From NCBI GenBank assembly GCA_030835135.1, contig JAUQWO010000079.1:39396-103395 (forward strand): 64,000 nt of DNA, given 5' to 3'. Position numbers and translations under genes: made by a program. This document shows positions 19,027 through 28,452 of the stretch, piece after piece (position 1 is the stretch's first letter; the number at the start of each line of letters is the position of its first letter). This stretch comes from Bacteroidota bacterium (lineage in GTDB: Bacteria > Bacteroidota > Ignavibacteria > UBA10030 > UBA6906). A model generated the notes under the pieces. It was not told the origin of the DNA, did not search any database, and saw nothing but the letters and a program-made list of their open reading frames with translations.

Positions 19027-21549
19027 TTACAGCTCGTCGAGCGACAGCGTTTCCCTGCCACTCTGCCAGATCGCCCAGGCGATGGCCACGATGCAGACCA
19101 CGACCACGAGGATCCCGGTCCCGACAACACCACTGACCGATGGGCTGATGACATTGTACTGCAAAACGAGTCCAAGTGCAAGAAGGCTGACCATGTTCAT
19201 CACCTTGATGAGCGGGTTGATGGCCGGGCCTGCCGTGTCCTTGAGCGGATCGCCGACCGTATCGCCGGTGATCGCGGCCTTGTGTGCATCGGAGCCCTTG
19301 CCACCGTAGATACCGTCCTCGATCATCTTCTTGGCGTTGTCCCATGCGCCGCCGGCGTTGGACATGAACACGGCCAGCAGCTGGCCAACGAGGATCATGC
19401 CTGCGAGGAAGCCGCCCAGGGCATACGGCCCGAGGAGGAATCCCACCATCAGCGGTGTCATGATCGCAAGGATGGCCGGACCGATGAGCTCTTTCTGGGC
19501 CGTCGCCGTGCAGATGTTGACGACGCGTCCGTAGTCCGGTTCCTTCGTGCCCGCCCAGATCTCCGGATCACGGAACTGGATACGGCATTCCTTGACGATG
19601 AAGTAGGCAGCGCGTCCGACGGCACGGATGAGCATGCCGCTGAACAGGAACGGCACGGAGCCGCCAATGAGCATGCCGATGAACACATTCGGATCGGCGA
19701 ACGTCAGCCGGCCGGCATGTTCCGCATACTGTGCCAGCGTCATCAGATGGATATTCTCTTCGCTGCCGACTGCGATCACGGCGATGAAGCTGGAGAACAG
19801 GGAGACCGCGGCGATGACGGCAGAGCCGATGGCGATACCCTTGGTCTCTGCTTTCGTCGTGTTGCCGACGGCATCCAGATCTGCGAGGATCTGGCGGGCG
19901 CGATGATAGTTGCCCGGTTTTTCCTGCTCCATCTCGTGCGGATCGTATCCCATTTCGCCGATGCCGTTGGCATTGTCGGCCACCGGACCAAAGACGTCCA
20001 TGGAGATCGTATTGCCGGTGAGGGTAAGCATGCCGATACCCGTCATGGCCACGCCGTAGGCGACGAACAAGGGCGGTGCGCCCGCATAGACCAGCACCGA
20101 CAGGAGGATCGAGACCGCGATGACCAGCACCGCGGCGACGGCACTCTCATAGCCCAGCGCGAAACCCTGGATGATGTTCGTTGCATGGCCTGTCTGGCAT
20201 GCCTTGGCAAGATCCTGGACAGGCTTGTGGCCGGTATGCGTGTAGTAGCTCGTGACCTTGTTCAGTGCGACCGCGAGGAACACACCGATGAGACAGGTCA
20301 GTGCCGGACGCAGATCGAGTCCCGGGAAGCCGAAATTCTGGAAGAAGCTCAACGCGGACGGATCCCCGCCCGGGAACCCGGCGAGAGCCGTGGGGTTGGT
20401 GGCAAGATAGGTTGCATCGAAGTTCAGGTAGAAGAACCCGAGGGCGAAGAACCCGATGACGCTGATGGCCGAACCGATCCAGAACCCACGATGCACGCTG
20501 CGCAGGGCGGTATCCGAACTATCGTTGGCTCCCGCCTTGACGGTATACGTGCTGATGATGGAGCCAAGCACGCCGATACCGCGGACGAGCAGAGGGAAGA
20601 TCACGCCCTTATGTCCGAACGTCGCCATACCGAGGATCATGGCTGCGACGATCGTGACCTCGTACGATTCGAAGATATCCGATGCCATGCCGGCGCAATC
20701 GCCGACATTGTCACCGACGTTGTCTGCGATCGTGGCGGCATTCCGCGGGTCATCTTCCGGAATGTCCTTCTCGATCTTACCCACGAGGTCAGCCCCCACG
20801 TCCGCCGCTTTCGTGTAGATACCGCCGCCGACACGCATGAAGAGCGCGATGAGGGTGCCGCCGAACCCGAAACCGAGCAGCGCTTCGTAGGCCGACTCAC
20901 CGAAGATGAGGAAGATCATCGTGCCGCCGAGGAGGCCGAGGCCATCCGTCAGCATGCCGGTGACCGTACCGGTCCGATAGCCGAGCTGCATCGCTTCGCC
21001 GTACGAACGCGTTGCGGCCGCGGCGACGCGCAGATTTCCCGTCGTGGCCAGACGCATACCCACGAAGCCGACGGTCCAGCTGAAGATCGCGCCAACGAGG
21101 AATGCCATCGCCCGGCCCCACCGGAAGGCTTCTTCACTGCCGGAATAGGTGAAGTACAGGAGTGCGGAGATGATGATGATGAGCGGTCCGATCTGCTTGA
21201 ACTGAGCCGCGAGATATGCATTCGCGCCCTTGCGGACGGCGTTCGCGACGTCTTGCATCTTCTGCGTGCCCTTGTCCGCCGCCAGGACCTGGCGACTGAG
21301 GAGCAAAGCGTAGATGAGCCCACCGACCGCGATACCGAGAACGGCCAGGAGACTCACCACTTCCATCTCTGTGTACTTGGGGTTCCAGAAGAGTGAGAAT
21401 GCGGAGAATGAGTGTGATCCGGTCTCAGACTGGATCACCGCCGAAGGCTGAATGAAGTAGGCACCGGCGAACGCGACGGCCATCAGAACGAGGAAGGCCG
21501 TTTTGGTCGAGCGACGCCTGAAGAATTGAGAAATCGATGATATCGTCAT
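19027..21549 (-). CDS. hppA: Membrane-bound cation-translocating pyrophosphatase, K+-independent type
   Basis: GGGIYTKAADVGADLVGKIE, EDDPRN, DNVGDNVGD, GNTTKA (Lys variant), GGAWDNAKK, GDTVGDPLKDTAGP. Confidence 0.96.
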   Translation of the reverse strand: MTISSISQFFRRRSTKTAFLVLMAVAFAGAYFIQPSAVIQSETGSHSFSAFSLFWNPKYTEMEVVSLLAVLGIAVGGLIYALLLSRQVLAADKGTQKMQDVANAVRKGANAYLAAQFKQIGPLIIIISALLYFTYSGSEEAFRWGRAMAFLVGAIFSWTVGFVGMRLATTGNLRVAAAATRSYGEAMQLGYRTGTVTGMLTDGLGLLGGTMIFLIFGESAYEALLGFGFGGTLIALFMRVGGGIYTKAADVGADLVGKIEKDIPEDDPRNAATIADNVGDNVGDCAGMASDIFESYEVTIVAAMILGMATFGHKGVIFPLLVRGIGVLGSIISTYTVKAGANDSSDTALRSVHRGFWIGSAISVIGFFALGFFYLNFDATYLATNPTALAGFPGGDPSALSFFQNFGFPGLDLRPALTCLIGVFLAVALNKVTSYYTHTGHKPVQDLAKACQTGHATNIIQGFALGYESAVAAVLVIAVSILLSVLVYAGAPPLFVAYGVAMTGIGMLTLTGNTISMDVFGPVADNANGIGEMGYDPHEMEQEKPGNYHRARQILADLDAVGNTTKAETKGIAIGSAVIAAVSLFSSFIAVIAVGSEENIHLMTLAQYAEHAGRLTFADPNVFIGMLIGGSVPFLFSGMLIRAVGRAAYFIVKECRIQFRDPEIWAGTKEPDYGRVVNICTATAQKELIGPAILAIMTPLMVGFLLGPYALGGFLAGMILVGQLLAVFMSNAGGAWDNAKKMIEDGIYGGKGSDAHKAAITGDTVGDPLKDTAGPAINPLIKVMNMVSLLALGLVLQYNVISPSVSGVVGTGILVVVVCIVAIAWAIWQSGRETLSLDEL

Positions 21550-21585
21550 AGGATCTCAGATGTCAGGTTCGTGTCAGATGGAAAG

Positions 21586-22356
21586 TCAGGAAAGGCTCTC
21601 GGAAGCGGAGCGCCACCACTTGGCATATTCCACTTCGAGAACGCGGCGTTCGGGGAACCGGAAGAACTTCACGCCCGTACGGTCGCCGAGATAGAAGCCG
21701 CGATTGATGGTCCGGAAGAAGCCGTGCAGCACCGGATTGCGTGAAACAGTCTTTGTCGTCTTGGTCAGCCCCTTCTCCACATCCTTCAAACAGTCGAGGA
21801 TGTGCATCGGGTCCGCGTACGGCAGGTATCCTGCAAGATGCCCGGCGTCGTCACGGTCGACAAGCAGATCCGCAAAGAAAATGCGCGGGATGTGGATCGG
21901 ATTTGCGGGATCGGTGATGAACTTGCAGAAGTTCGAGGGATTGTGCGCAGAGGCGACGAGAGGGGAGAGCGGGCAGAGCTCCTGGAACAGGTGAGCATCG
22001 TGCTGCTTTTCCTCCTCCGGCTGCTGCGATTCGCTGAGATACATCACCCGCCCGTCAGCCGTCACGAGATACAGCTTGTCGAATGCACTCAGCGGGAGGT
22101 GCTCCAGCACCCGGTACACGCTGATGTACTTCGAGCGCTTCGGGCTGCCATCTTCATGCGGCGCACATCGCTTCTGAATGTCTGAAAGTTTGAAATAGTC
22201 GCTCTTCAGATCGGGGTTGACCTCGAAGAAGAGGACATTTCCTCTGGTGTGTTTCTGGGTTCCCAACGCCATGTAACGACCGAATTCGACGGGTTCCAGA
22301 TGGGAGGCGACAAGCGCCTCGTACCGGTAACACAACATATAATAGTGGATATTCAT
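21586..22356 (-). CDS. Hypothetical soluble protein, paralog of 18163..18951 (hppA-associated)
   Basis: Start MNIHYY (alternative start 22380); same motif series as the paralog; no signal peptide or TM segment. Confidence 0.85.
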   Translation of the reverse strand: MNIHYYMLCYRYEALVASHLEPVEFGRYMALGTQKHTRGNVLFFEVNPDLKSDYFKLSDIQKRCAPHEDGSPKRSKYISVYRVLEHLPLSAFDKLYLVTADGRVMYLSESQQPEEEKQHDAHLFQELCPLSPLVASAHNPSNFCKFITDPANPIHIPRIFFADLLVDRDDAGHLAGYLPYADPMHILDCLKDVEKGLTKTTKTVSRNPVLHGFFRTINRGFYLGDRTGVKFFRFPERRVLEVEYAKWWRSASESLS

Positions 22357-22427
22357 GGGAGTCACTTCCTGGTTGCTCATTCAATCAATCAATTCACCCA
22401 CCGCCACTTCCCGACCCTCCAATCAGA

Positions 22428-22457
22428 AATATACAAAAAAAACATGAGAATGCTCAA
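22428..22457 (-). promoter_or_regulatory. Candidate sigma70 promoter of the hppA operon
   Basis: TTGAGC-18 nt-TATATT in an AT-rich patch. Confidence 0.45.
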
Positions 22458-22551
22458 CGTTACCGGTGAATGAAAGGACTTTTTTGAGGTTCTTTCTGCT
22501 GCCCGTACAGTTACGCGCCGCCGCATCGACCCCAATGCGCGTAGGATCGGC

Positions 22552-22599
22552 AGAAAAGCAGGAAGCCCTTCCAGATCGCAAATCATCCGGTCGGGCTTC
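22552..22599 (-). terminator. Candidate terminator of the GT4 gene
   Basis: GAAGCCC...GGGCTTC stem with inner pairing, followed by CTGCTTTTCT on the minus strand. Confidence 0.45.
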
Positions 22600-22642
22600 T
22601 CTGACTCAACGGCCACGGAGGGGCCCCCTGAGGGGCGGGCGA

Positions 22643-23797
22643 TCAGGCCGCCCTGGGCCTCCGCTTCCGCCGGGAGCCATACTCTCTGATGATCTCTTCG
22701 TACATCCCGAGCATCTGCCGGATGATGTTCTGCCATGATTGTTGCTGCGCATGTGCGAGCGCCCCCTGCGCGAGGGATCGCCGGCGGGCCGGGTCGTTCA
22801 ACACACCGTCGATGGCCCGGCTCATCGATCCCGCGTCCCGGGGCTCACACAGGATCCCGGTCACCCCGTCCTCGATCACGCCGGCTGCTCCACCCTTGCG
22901 CGCACAGACGGGGACGATCCCCGAGGCCATGGCTTCGAGAATAACGTTGCCAAATGTCTCTGTCGTGGAGGGAAACACGAACAGGTCGGCGGATGCATAC
23001 GCCGCCGCGAGCGACGCTCCTGACAACTGTCCGAGAAAGACCGCGCCCGGCATCAGCGATTCGAGCTCATGGCGGATGGGTCCGTCGCCGGCAAGCACCA
23101 GCGAAATGTCCGACCTCATCCCGCGCAGCTTTTCGTAGGTGGACACCAGCGTGCGGAGATCCTTTTCCCAGACGAGTCTTCCCGCATACAGGAGCACGTT
23201 GTGTCCGGCGGGAACGCCGTGCGCGCTTTTCCACCCCTCCGACCGGAATTCCGGCCGGAACGCCTCTGTGTCAACCCCGTGCGGGAGAAGTCGGAGCTTC
23301 CGGAATCCGTGCGCGCTGAGCTCGTCCATGATCGGCTGAGAAGGGACCAGCAATCTCTCACAGCTGCCATAGAGACAACGGAGATATGTCCATCCAAATG
23401 GCTCGAGGAACCTGATGTTGTAATACTCCGCGTAGCTCGCGAAGTGCGTGTGATAGGTCGCCACGACCGGGATACGGTGTCGCCGGCCAAAGTGCACGGC
23501 GGCATGACCGAGGCTGCAGGGACTATGGATGTGCAGCAGGTCCGGGCGGAAAGCAAGAACGTCCCGGCTGAAGAATCGTGGATCCGGCGATGCCATCCGG
23601 TAGTCACGGTACAAGGGGAAACTGCACGAAGGGACGCCCACCAGGGGGATCTGAAGGGACCCCGGCGGAGGCAGCACGGGGGAGACGAACATGTGCTCGA
23701 TCTGTGCTGCGCTGAGCGCTGCGGTCATGCGGTAGAGAACGCGGGTGACACCATCCTGGCCGGGCTGCAGACTTCCGGCGAAATAGGCGATACGCAT
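22643..23797 (-). CDS. Glycosyltransferase family 4 (PimB/MgtA-like)
   Basis: MRIAYF..QDGV, VATYHTHFASY, YAGRLVWEK, YASADLFVFPSTTETFGNVILEAMASG; GGAGG RBS. Confidence 0.92.
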   Translation of the reverse strand: MRIAYFAGSLQPGQDGVTRVLYRMTAALSAAQIEHMFVSPVLPPPGSLQIPLVGVPSCSFPLYRDYRMASPDPRFFSRDVLAFRPDLLHIHSPCSLGHAAVHFGRRHRIPVVATYHTHFASYAEYYNIRFLEPFGWTYLRCLYGSCERLLVPSQPIMDELSAHGFRKLRLLPHGVDTEAFRPEFRSEGWKSAHGVPAGHNVLLYAGRLVWEKDLRTLVSTYEKLRGMRSDISLVLAGDGPIRHELESLMPGAVFLGQLSGASLAAAYASADLFVFPSTTETFGNVILEAMASGIVPVCARKGGAAGVIEDGVTGILCEPRDAGSMSRAIDGVLNDPARRRSLAQGALAHAQQQSWQNIIRQMLGMYEEIIREYGSRRKRRPRAA

Positions 23798-24021
23798 AGG
23801 CCCTCCGATGTTCTTCTCTTTATATAAACGATGCGGAAGGTGCCATGGTTGCACGAACAGGCGCCCGATGTGATCCGGACCCGGGACCCGAGCCTCGCCG
23901 GCGGGGCCCAAATTGCTAATCCCGGCACGAATCGGTATCATACTCCATCCCTGGAAGGATCACCCCGAACGCATCGGTATCCGTGATCGACCTGCCCTCA
24001 CCGAACCGGAAGTCCACGCAC

Positions 24022-25122
24022 ATGAACCTGATATCCCGCTGCTCCGGCATTCTCATCCTGCTCATCATCCTATGCGTACCATCACTGGCGGCAGATGCTC
24101 CTCCCGATTCGCTTACGTGGTATGAGCCACCCACCCCGAGCATCGAGGGCCGTGGTTGGTCCGGGGTGAAGCGGACGTATGACCGCCTGCCGGCTCGCGC
24201 TGAAGAGTTGGTACGCAAGCAGGTCTGGGACCTCTCACGGCAGAGTGCCGGAATGAGCATTCAATTCCGGACCGACGCGCAGGAGATCCAGGTGCGATAC
24301 TCGCTGTTGCGGCCGGCTCTCGCCAAGCCGCACATGGCGGCAACGGGTGTGAGCGGTGCGGACCTGTACATGCAGACCGGGGCAGGAGAGTGGCGCTGGG
24401 TGGGCACGGTGATGCCGGAGGACAGGATCGTTCGAGCAGCGCTGATCAAGCAGATGGCGCCGGGGGTCAGGACGTTCCGGATGTACCTTCCTTTGTACAA
24501 TGGCGTCGACTCTCTCGCGATCGGGATCCCGCATGGTTCCCGCTTCGAGCCGATCGCGGCCCGGGCGGGAAGACCGATCGTCATGTATGGGACCTCCATC
24601 ATGCAGGGTGCGTGTGCGTCACGCCCCGGCATGGCGATCACGGCGATCCTCGGACGCCGTCTGGATCACCCCACCATCAACCTCGGTTTCAGCGGGAATG
24701 GTTGGATGGAGCCCGCGTTGGCCGAGCTCCTTGTGGAGATCGATGCTGCAGTATACGTGCTCGATTGCCTGCCGAACATGAAGCCCGCACAGGTTCGCGA
24801 ACGCGTGGAACCGTTCGTGCGCACACTGCGTGCCGCGCGGCCGGGCGTGGCGATCGTGCTGGTGGAGGGCCGCATCTTCCCGAACGCCTTCGTGATCCCC
24901 GAACGGCGGCAGGCGCATGACGAGTCCCATGCGGCGCTGCGCGCGGTCTATGACACACTGATCAGGGAAGGCATGGGCGCGCTGTACTATCTGAAGAGTG
25001 ATGATCTGCTGGGAGCAGACGGAGAGGGGACGGTGGACGGTTCGCATCCCACGGACCTTGGCATGATGCGGTATGCGGATGCGTATGAGGTGGTGTTGCG
25101 CCGTGCGTTGCGGGGGGAATGA
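24022..25122 (+). CDS. SGNH hydrolase with an N-terminal GxDLY domain, secreted
   Basis: Signal peptide; SGADLY, LPLYNGV, YGTSIMQG.CASRPG, NLGFSGNG, DGSHP. Confidence 0.88.
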   Translation: MNLISRCSGILILLIILCVPSLAADAPPDSLTWYEPPTPSIEGRGWSGVKRTYDRLPARAEELVRKQVWDLSRQSAGMSIQFRTDAQEIQVRYSLLRPALAKPHMAATGVSGADLYMQTGAGEWRWVGTVMPEDRIVRAALIKQMAPGVRTFRMYLPLYNGVDSLAIGIPHGSRFEPIAARAGRPIVMYGTSIMQGACASRPGMAITAILGRRLDHPTINLGFSGNGWMEPALAELLVEIDAAVYVLDCLPNMKPAQVRERVEPFVRTLRAARPGVAIVLVEGRIFPNAFVIPERRQAHDESHAALRAVYDTLIREGMGALYYLKSDDLLGADGEGTVDGSHPTDLGMMRYADAYEVVLRRALRGE

Positions 25123-25166
25123 TCATGCGTCCCACGACGCCCCCCGGCACTCTCGCCCGGTGTGGG

Positions 25167-26177
25167 CTACGGAAGGAAACCGGTGGGGGTCCTGATCCCG
25201 ATGACCTTGCCGGGGACGCGGATCTGCAATGAGTCCGGTGGGAAGGTGAGCACGGTGGCTGCGCGGATCACATCATCGGGCAATAGGGAATCCAGCAGAA
25301 GAACGATGCGGACCGTGTCACCGGCGCGTGAGACCCTCGCCGGGATCTGCCCGGGCCGGGAGTCCGCATCGCGGCGGTACATCCCCAGTATGACCTCCTG
25401 ATCCACGGTGAACCGGGTGGAGATCTGTGTCCCTGTCTTCCGCGCTCCCTGCATTTGAGCGCCTCTCGTTTCGACCGCCGCCTCCCCGGCGAAGATCTCC
25501 AGCGTCCGGACAGCTTTGTCCTTTGTTTCATCCGCGCCGATGATGTTCCCCCAGACAATGAACTCGCTTGCTGCGTTCTTCGGCAGGGGATCCGCGGCCT
25601 GGGGAGTCTCCGGCACAGGGGTCGGAGCTTCGTCCCGCGCGTCGGGGGCAGCGGCCGGAGCCAGAGCAAAGGTCTCGCTTTCGCGTTTCGCCTGGCCGGC
25701 AGACTGTTCCTCCGCGACCGCTCCCTTCAGGGTGATGGGGGGCGGAGCAGTCTCCTTCGTGCGTGCATCTGCGAGCTCCCGTGCGACAGGAGCAGCGTCC
25801 GGCGCGATGAGGCTATCGGCGGATCCGGCGCTGATGACAGTGGTGGCGGAGGGTTCAGGTGACACGCGGAGCCATTGGTAAACGATCCCGGTTCCGGCGA
25901 TCACGAGTACGACCGCAGCCGCGGCGACGATTTGCGTCCAGGGTATCGGTGTGCTCCGCGGAGAGCCTACCCGTGCTGCGATCCGGGCCTTGAGCGCGGC
26001 GCGGGCCCACGATCGTGTGCCGCGGGCAATGCGCAGTTCCATGTCGTAGGCCGCTCTGCATTGCGGACACACCGCGCAATGCGCCTCGACGGCAGCGTGG
26101 CGCTCGGGAGCGAGGTGTCCGCACGCCGCTTCCTCGAGAAGCTCCGGGGGAATGTGGTTCTGGTCAGCCGTGCTCAT
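25167..26177 (-). CDS. Zinc-finger (zf-HC2) anti-sigma factor
   Basis: HCAVCPQC (HxxxCxxC), one TM helix and an extracytoplasmic tail; overlaps the ECF sigma gene. Confidence 0.82.
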   Translation of the reverse strand: MSTADQNHIPPELLEEAACGHLAPERHAAVEAHCAVCPQCRAAYDMELRIARGTRSWARAALKARIAARVGSPRSTPIPWTQIVAAAAVVLVIAGTGIVYQWLRVSPEPSATTVISAGSADSLIAPDAAPVARELADARTKETAPPPITLKGAVAEEQSAGQAKRESETFALAPAAAPDARDEAPTPVPETPQAADPLPKNAASEFIVWGNIIGADETKDKAVRTLEIFAGEAAVETRGAQMQGARKTGTQISTRFTVDQEVILGMYRRDADSRPGQIPARVSRAGDTVRIVLLLDSLLPDDVIRAATVLTFPPDSLQIRVPGKVIGIRTPTGFLP

Positions 26178-26748
26178 GGCCGTCCCGTGATGAGCGCAAC
26201 AAACGTTTCAGTTGCTCTTTGCATTGATACTTCTTTGATTTGGCAGTAGCCGCATTGGCGAATCCGAGCGTGCGGGCGGCCTCGTCCATCGATGCCTCTT
26301 CCCAGTAGAAAAGGACGAGCAGCGCGCGGCAGGGATCACCGAGTGCATCGAGGGCCGCATGGACCGCACTCAGGTCCTCGTCTGATTCAAGTGCCTCCAG
26401 CGGCGAAGGATCCCCGTGAGGAACATCATGCTGCTGCAGGTCCGCCGGGATCTCCCGCCGGCTGCGCGCGAGATGCCGGAGCCAGATGTTCCTTGCCGTG
26501 GCATACAGGAAGGTGCCAATGGCTGCTGTATGCTCGTAACGCCCGCTCCGGACACGCTCCCACAGGATGACCAGTGCATCCTGGAGGACGTCGGCAGCAT
26601 CATCGAGTGTTCCGTTATTACGCATCACCAGTGCCGTAATGGGGCGCCGGTGGGCCGCATACAGGGCCTCCAGCGCCGATTCGTCGCCGCGACGGATGCC
26701 GTCCAGGATCCTGGCATCGGAATTCAGAAAAAGGAGCGGCGGCCTCAT
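26164..26748 (-). CDS. ECF-type RNA polymerase sigma-70 factor
   Basis: DAADVLQDALVILW, FLYATARNIW, C-terminal HTH LLVLFYWEEASMDEAARTLG. Confidence 0.9.
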   Translation of the reverse strand: MRPPLLFLNSDARILDGIRRGDESALEALYAAHRRPITALVMRNNGTLDDAADVLQDALVILWERVRSGRYEHTAAIGTFLYATARNIWLRHLARSRREIPADLQQHDVPHGDPSPLEALESDEDLSAVHAALDALGDPCRALLVLFYWEEASMDEAARTLGFANAATAKSKKYQCKEQLKRLLRSSRDGHEHG

Positions 26749-26848
26749 TTACCTTTCACTGGTGAATGTCATGAACGGGTGTAAGGTGAATGGCACAACA
26801 TACGAAGTTCACCGGATGGTATCAACCAGAACCACAGGAGAAGACATC

Positions 26849-28339
26849 ATGCGCACTGCCGTCCGTACCATCATCGCCGCCGCGGCCATTCTGCTTGCCG
26901 CAGTCCCATCGGCCGCCCAGCCGCTGCGGACCACCACGGCGGGAGACCGTACTTCCGTCGATCTCACGATCTACAATCAGAACCTCTCCCTTATCCGTGA
27001 GGAGCGCACGCTGAACCTCGTGCGCGGCATGAGCCGGGCAGTGCTGCCGCAGATCCCGACCACGATCGACGGGACCTCGTTGCACTTCCTGAGCCTCACC
27101 GATCCGGCCGCCGTGCGCGTCCTGGAGCAGAACTACCAGTACGACCTGGTGCACCAATCGAGGCTCCTCGAACGGTATCTCGGCAAAGAGATCGAATTCG
27201 TTCGCGTGAACCCCGAAACGAACAAGGAGTATACCGTGACCGGCCGGCTCCTTTCGACCGGCTACAGCGGGCAGTCCATGATGAGTGGCATGGTGGCGGA
27301 GATCAATGGCAAGATCGAGGTCAATCCCGCCGGACGCCTCGTCCTGCCGAGCCTGCCCGAAGGACTGATCATCCGCCCCCAATTGGAATGGCTGGTCTCC
27401 AATACCCGGGAGGGTACGCACCGCGCCGAGATCAGTTATCTGGCAGGCGGTCTGAGCTGGTCCAGCGACTATGTGGCGTTGCTGAACGCGGAGGATACGA
27501 GGCTCGATCTGACGGGATGGGTCACGTTGACGAACAACTCCGGCACGTCGTTCGCGAACGCCGGGTTGAAGCTGGTGGCAGGTGATGTGAATGTTGTCCA
27601 GGAAGAATTCGCAGGACGGGTGCGCGCGCAGAAGACCATGATGGCCGAAGCCGCTGATGCAGCGCCGCAATTCCAGCAGACCGAGCTGTTCGAGTACAAG
27701 CTCTACACCCTGCAGCGGAAGACCGACATCCGGGACAATGAGACCAAACAGGTGGAACTGATCGCGGCGAAGAACGTTCCTGCCCGCAAGATGTTCATCT
27801 ACGATGGTCTCGGCGATCAGTGGCGGTACTGGTATAACAACTATTCCTACCGCTCGCAGGGGAGTTTCGGGCAGTCATCCAATCCGAAGGTCGGTGTCTA
27901 CATGACCATCAAGAACGAGGAGAAGGGTGGCCTGGGCATTCCGTTGCCGAAGGGGAAGGTGCGTGTGTATAAGCGTGATGCGGATGGAAAGGAACAGTTC
28001 ATCGGCGAGGACAGGATCGACCATACCCCGAAGGACGAGGAGATCCGGCTGTATCTTGGCAACGCATTCGATATCGTGGGTGAACGCGCACAGAAGGACT
28101 TCAAGACGGTGGCCAGCGGCCATGTGGTCGAGGAGACGTTCGAGATCAAGATCCGCAATCACAAGAACGAAGCCGTTGAGGTGCAGGTGTATGAACATCC
28201 CTGGCGCTGGAGCCAGTGGGAAGTGGTGAGTGCGAGCAACGAATGGGAAAAGGTTGACCAGTCCACGCTCCGCTTCCCCGTGAAGCTGGGCAAGGACGGC
28301 GAGAAGGTGGTTCGGTATACGGTGCGCTATACCTGGTAG
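26849..28339 (+). CDS. DUF4139 domain-containing secreted protein
   Basis: Signal peptide; LTIYNQNLSLIRE, LEQNYQYDL, YLAGGLSW..DY, TNNSG..F..A.LKLVAGDV, PLPKGKVRVY, FIGEDRIDHTP; AGGAG RBS. Confidence 0.85.
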   Translation: MRTAVRTIIAAAAILLAAVPSAAQPLRTTTAGDRTSVDLTIYNQNLSLIREERTLNLVRGMSRAVLPQIPTTIDGTSLHFLSLTDPAAVRVLEQNYQYDLVHQSRLLERYLGKEIEFVRVNPETNKEYTVTGRLLSTGYSGQSMMSGMVAEINGKIEVNPAGRLVLPSLPEGLIIRPQLEWLVSNTREGTHRAEISYLAGGLSWSSDYVALLNAEDTRLDLTGWVTLTNNSGTSFANAGLKLVAGDVNVVQEEFAGRVRAQKTMMAEAADAAPQFQQTELFEYKLYTLQRKTDIRDNETKQVELIAAKNVPARKMFIYDGLGDQWRYWYNNYSYRSQGSFGQSSNPKVGVYMTIKNEEKGGLGIPLPKGKVRVYKRDADGKEQFIGEDRIDHTPKDEEIRLYLGNAFDIVGERAQKDFKTVASGHVVEETFEIKIRNHKNEAVEVQVYEHPWRWSQWEVVSASNEWEKVDQSTLRFPVKLGKDGEKVVRYTVRYTW

Positions 28340-28362
28340 CCACGAACGCTCGCGAGAACAAG

Positions 28363-28410
28363 GCACAAGGCACACCAGCGCCTGCTTCCGGCTGCCGGTG
28401 TGCCTTGTGC
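28363..28410. terminator. Hairpin between convergent genes
   Basis: Perfect 14-bp stem GCACAAGGCACACC / GGTGTGCCTTGTGC. Confidence 0.7.
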
Positions 28411-28440
28411 GTTTCTACCTTCTGCGTTTCTACCTTCTGC
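28411..28440. repeat. 15-bp tandem duplication GTTTCTACCTTCTGC x2
   Basis: Exact direct repeat next to the hairpin. Confidence 0.75.
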
Positions 28441-28452
28441 CTGCTCTTCTGA

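Noticed and set aside
18994-21396. 800-aa plus-strand ORF
   Set aside because: Antisense shadow of hppA caused by high-GC codon bias; no recognisable motifs
22380-22640. Riboswitch (Na+, c-di-AMP) upstream of the hppA operon
   Set aside because: Hairpins are present but lie upstream of the predicted promoter and match no consensus I recognise; an Rfam/Infernal scan would settle it
26791-26807. TGGCAC sigma54-like element before DUF4139 (and a similar one before GT4)
   Set aside because: The -12 element is missing or wrongly spaced
28411-28440. 15-bp duplication as a target-site duplication
   Set aside because: The copies are adjacent with no transposase or integrase nearby; slippage is more likely
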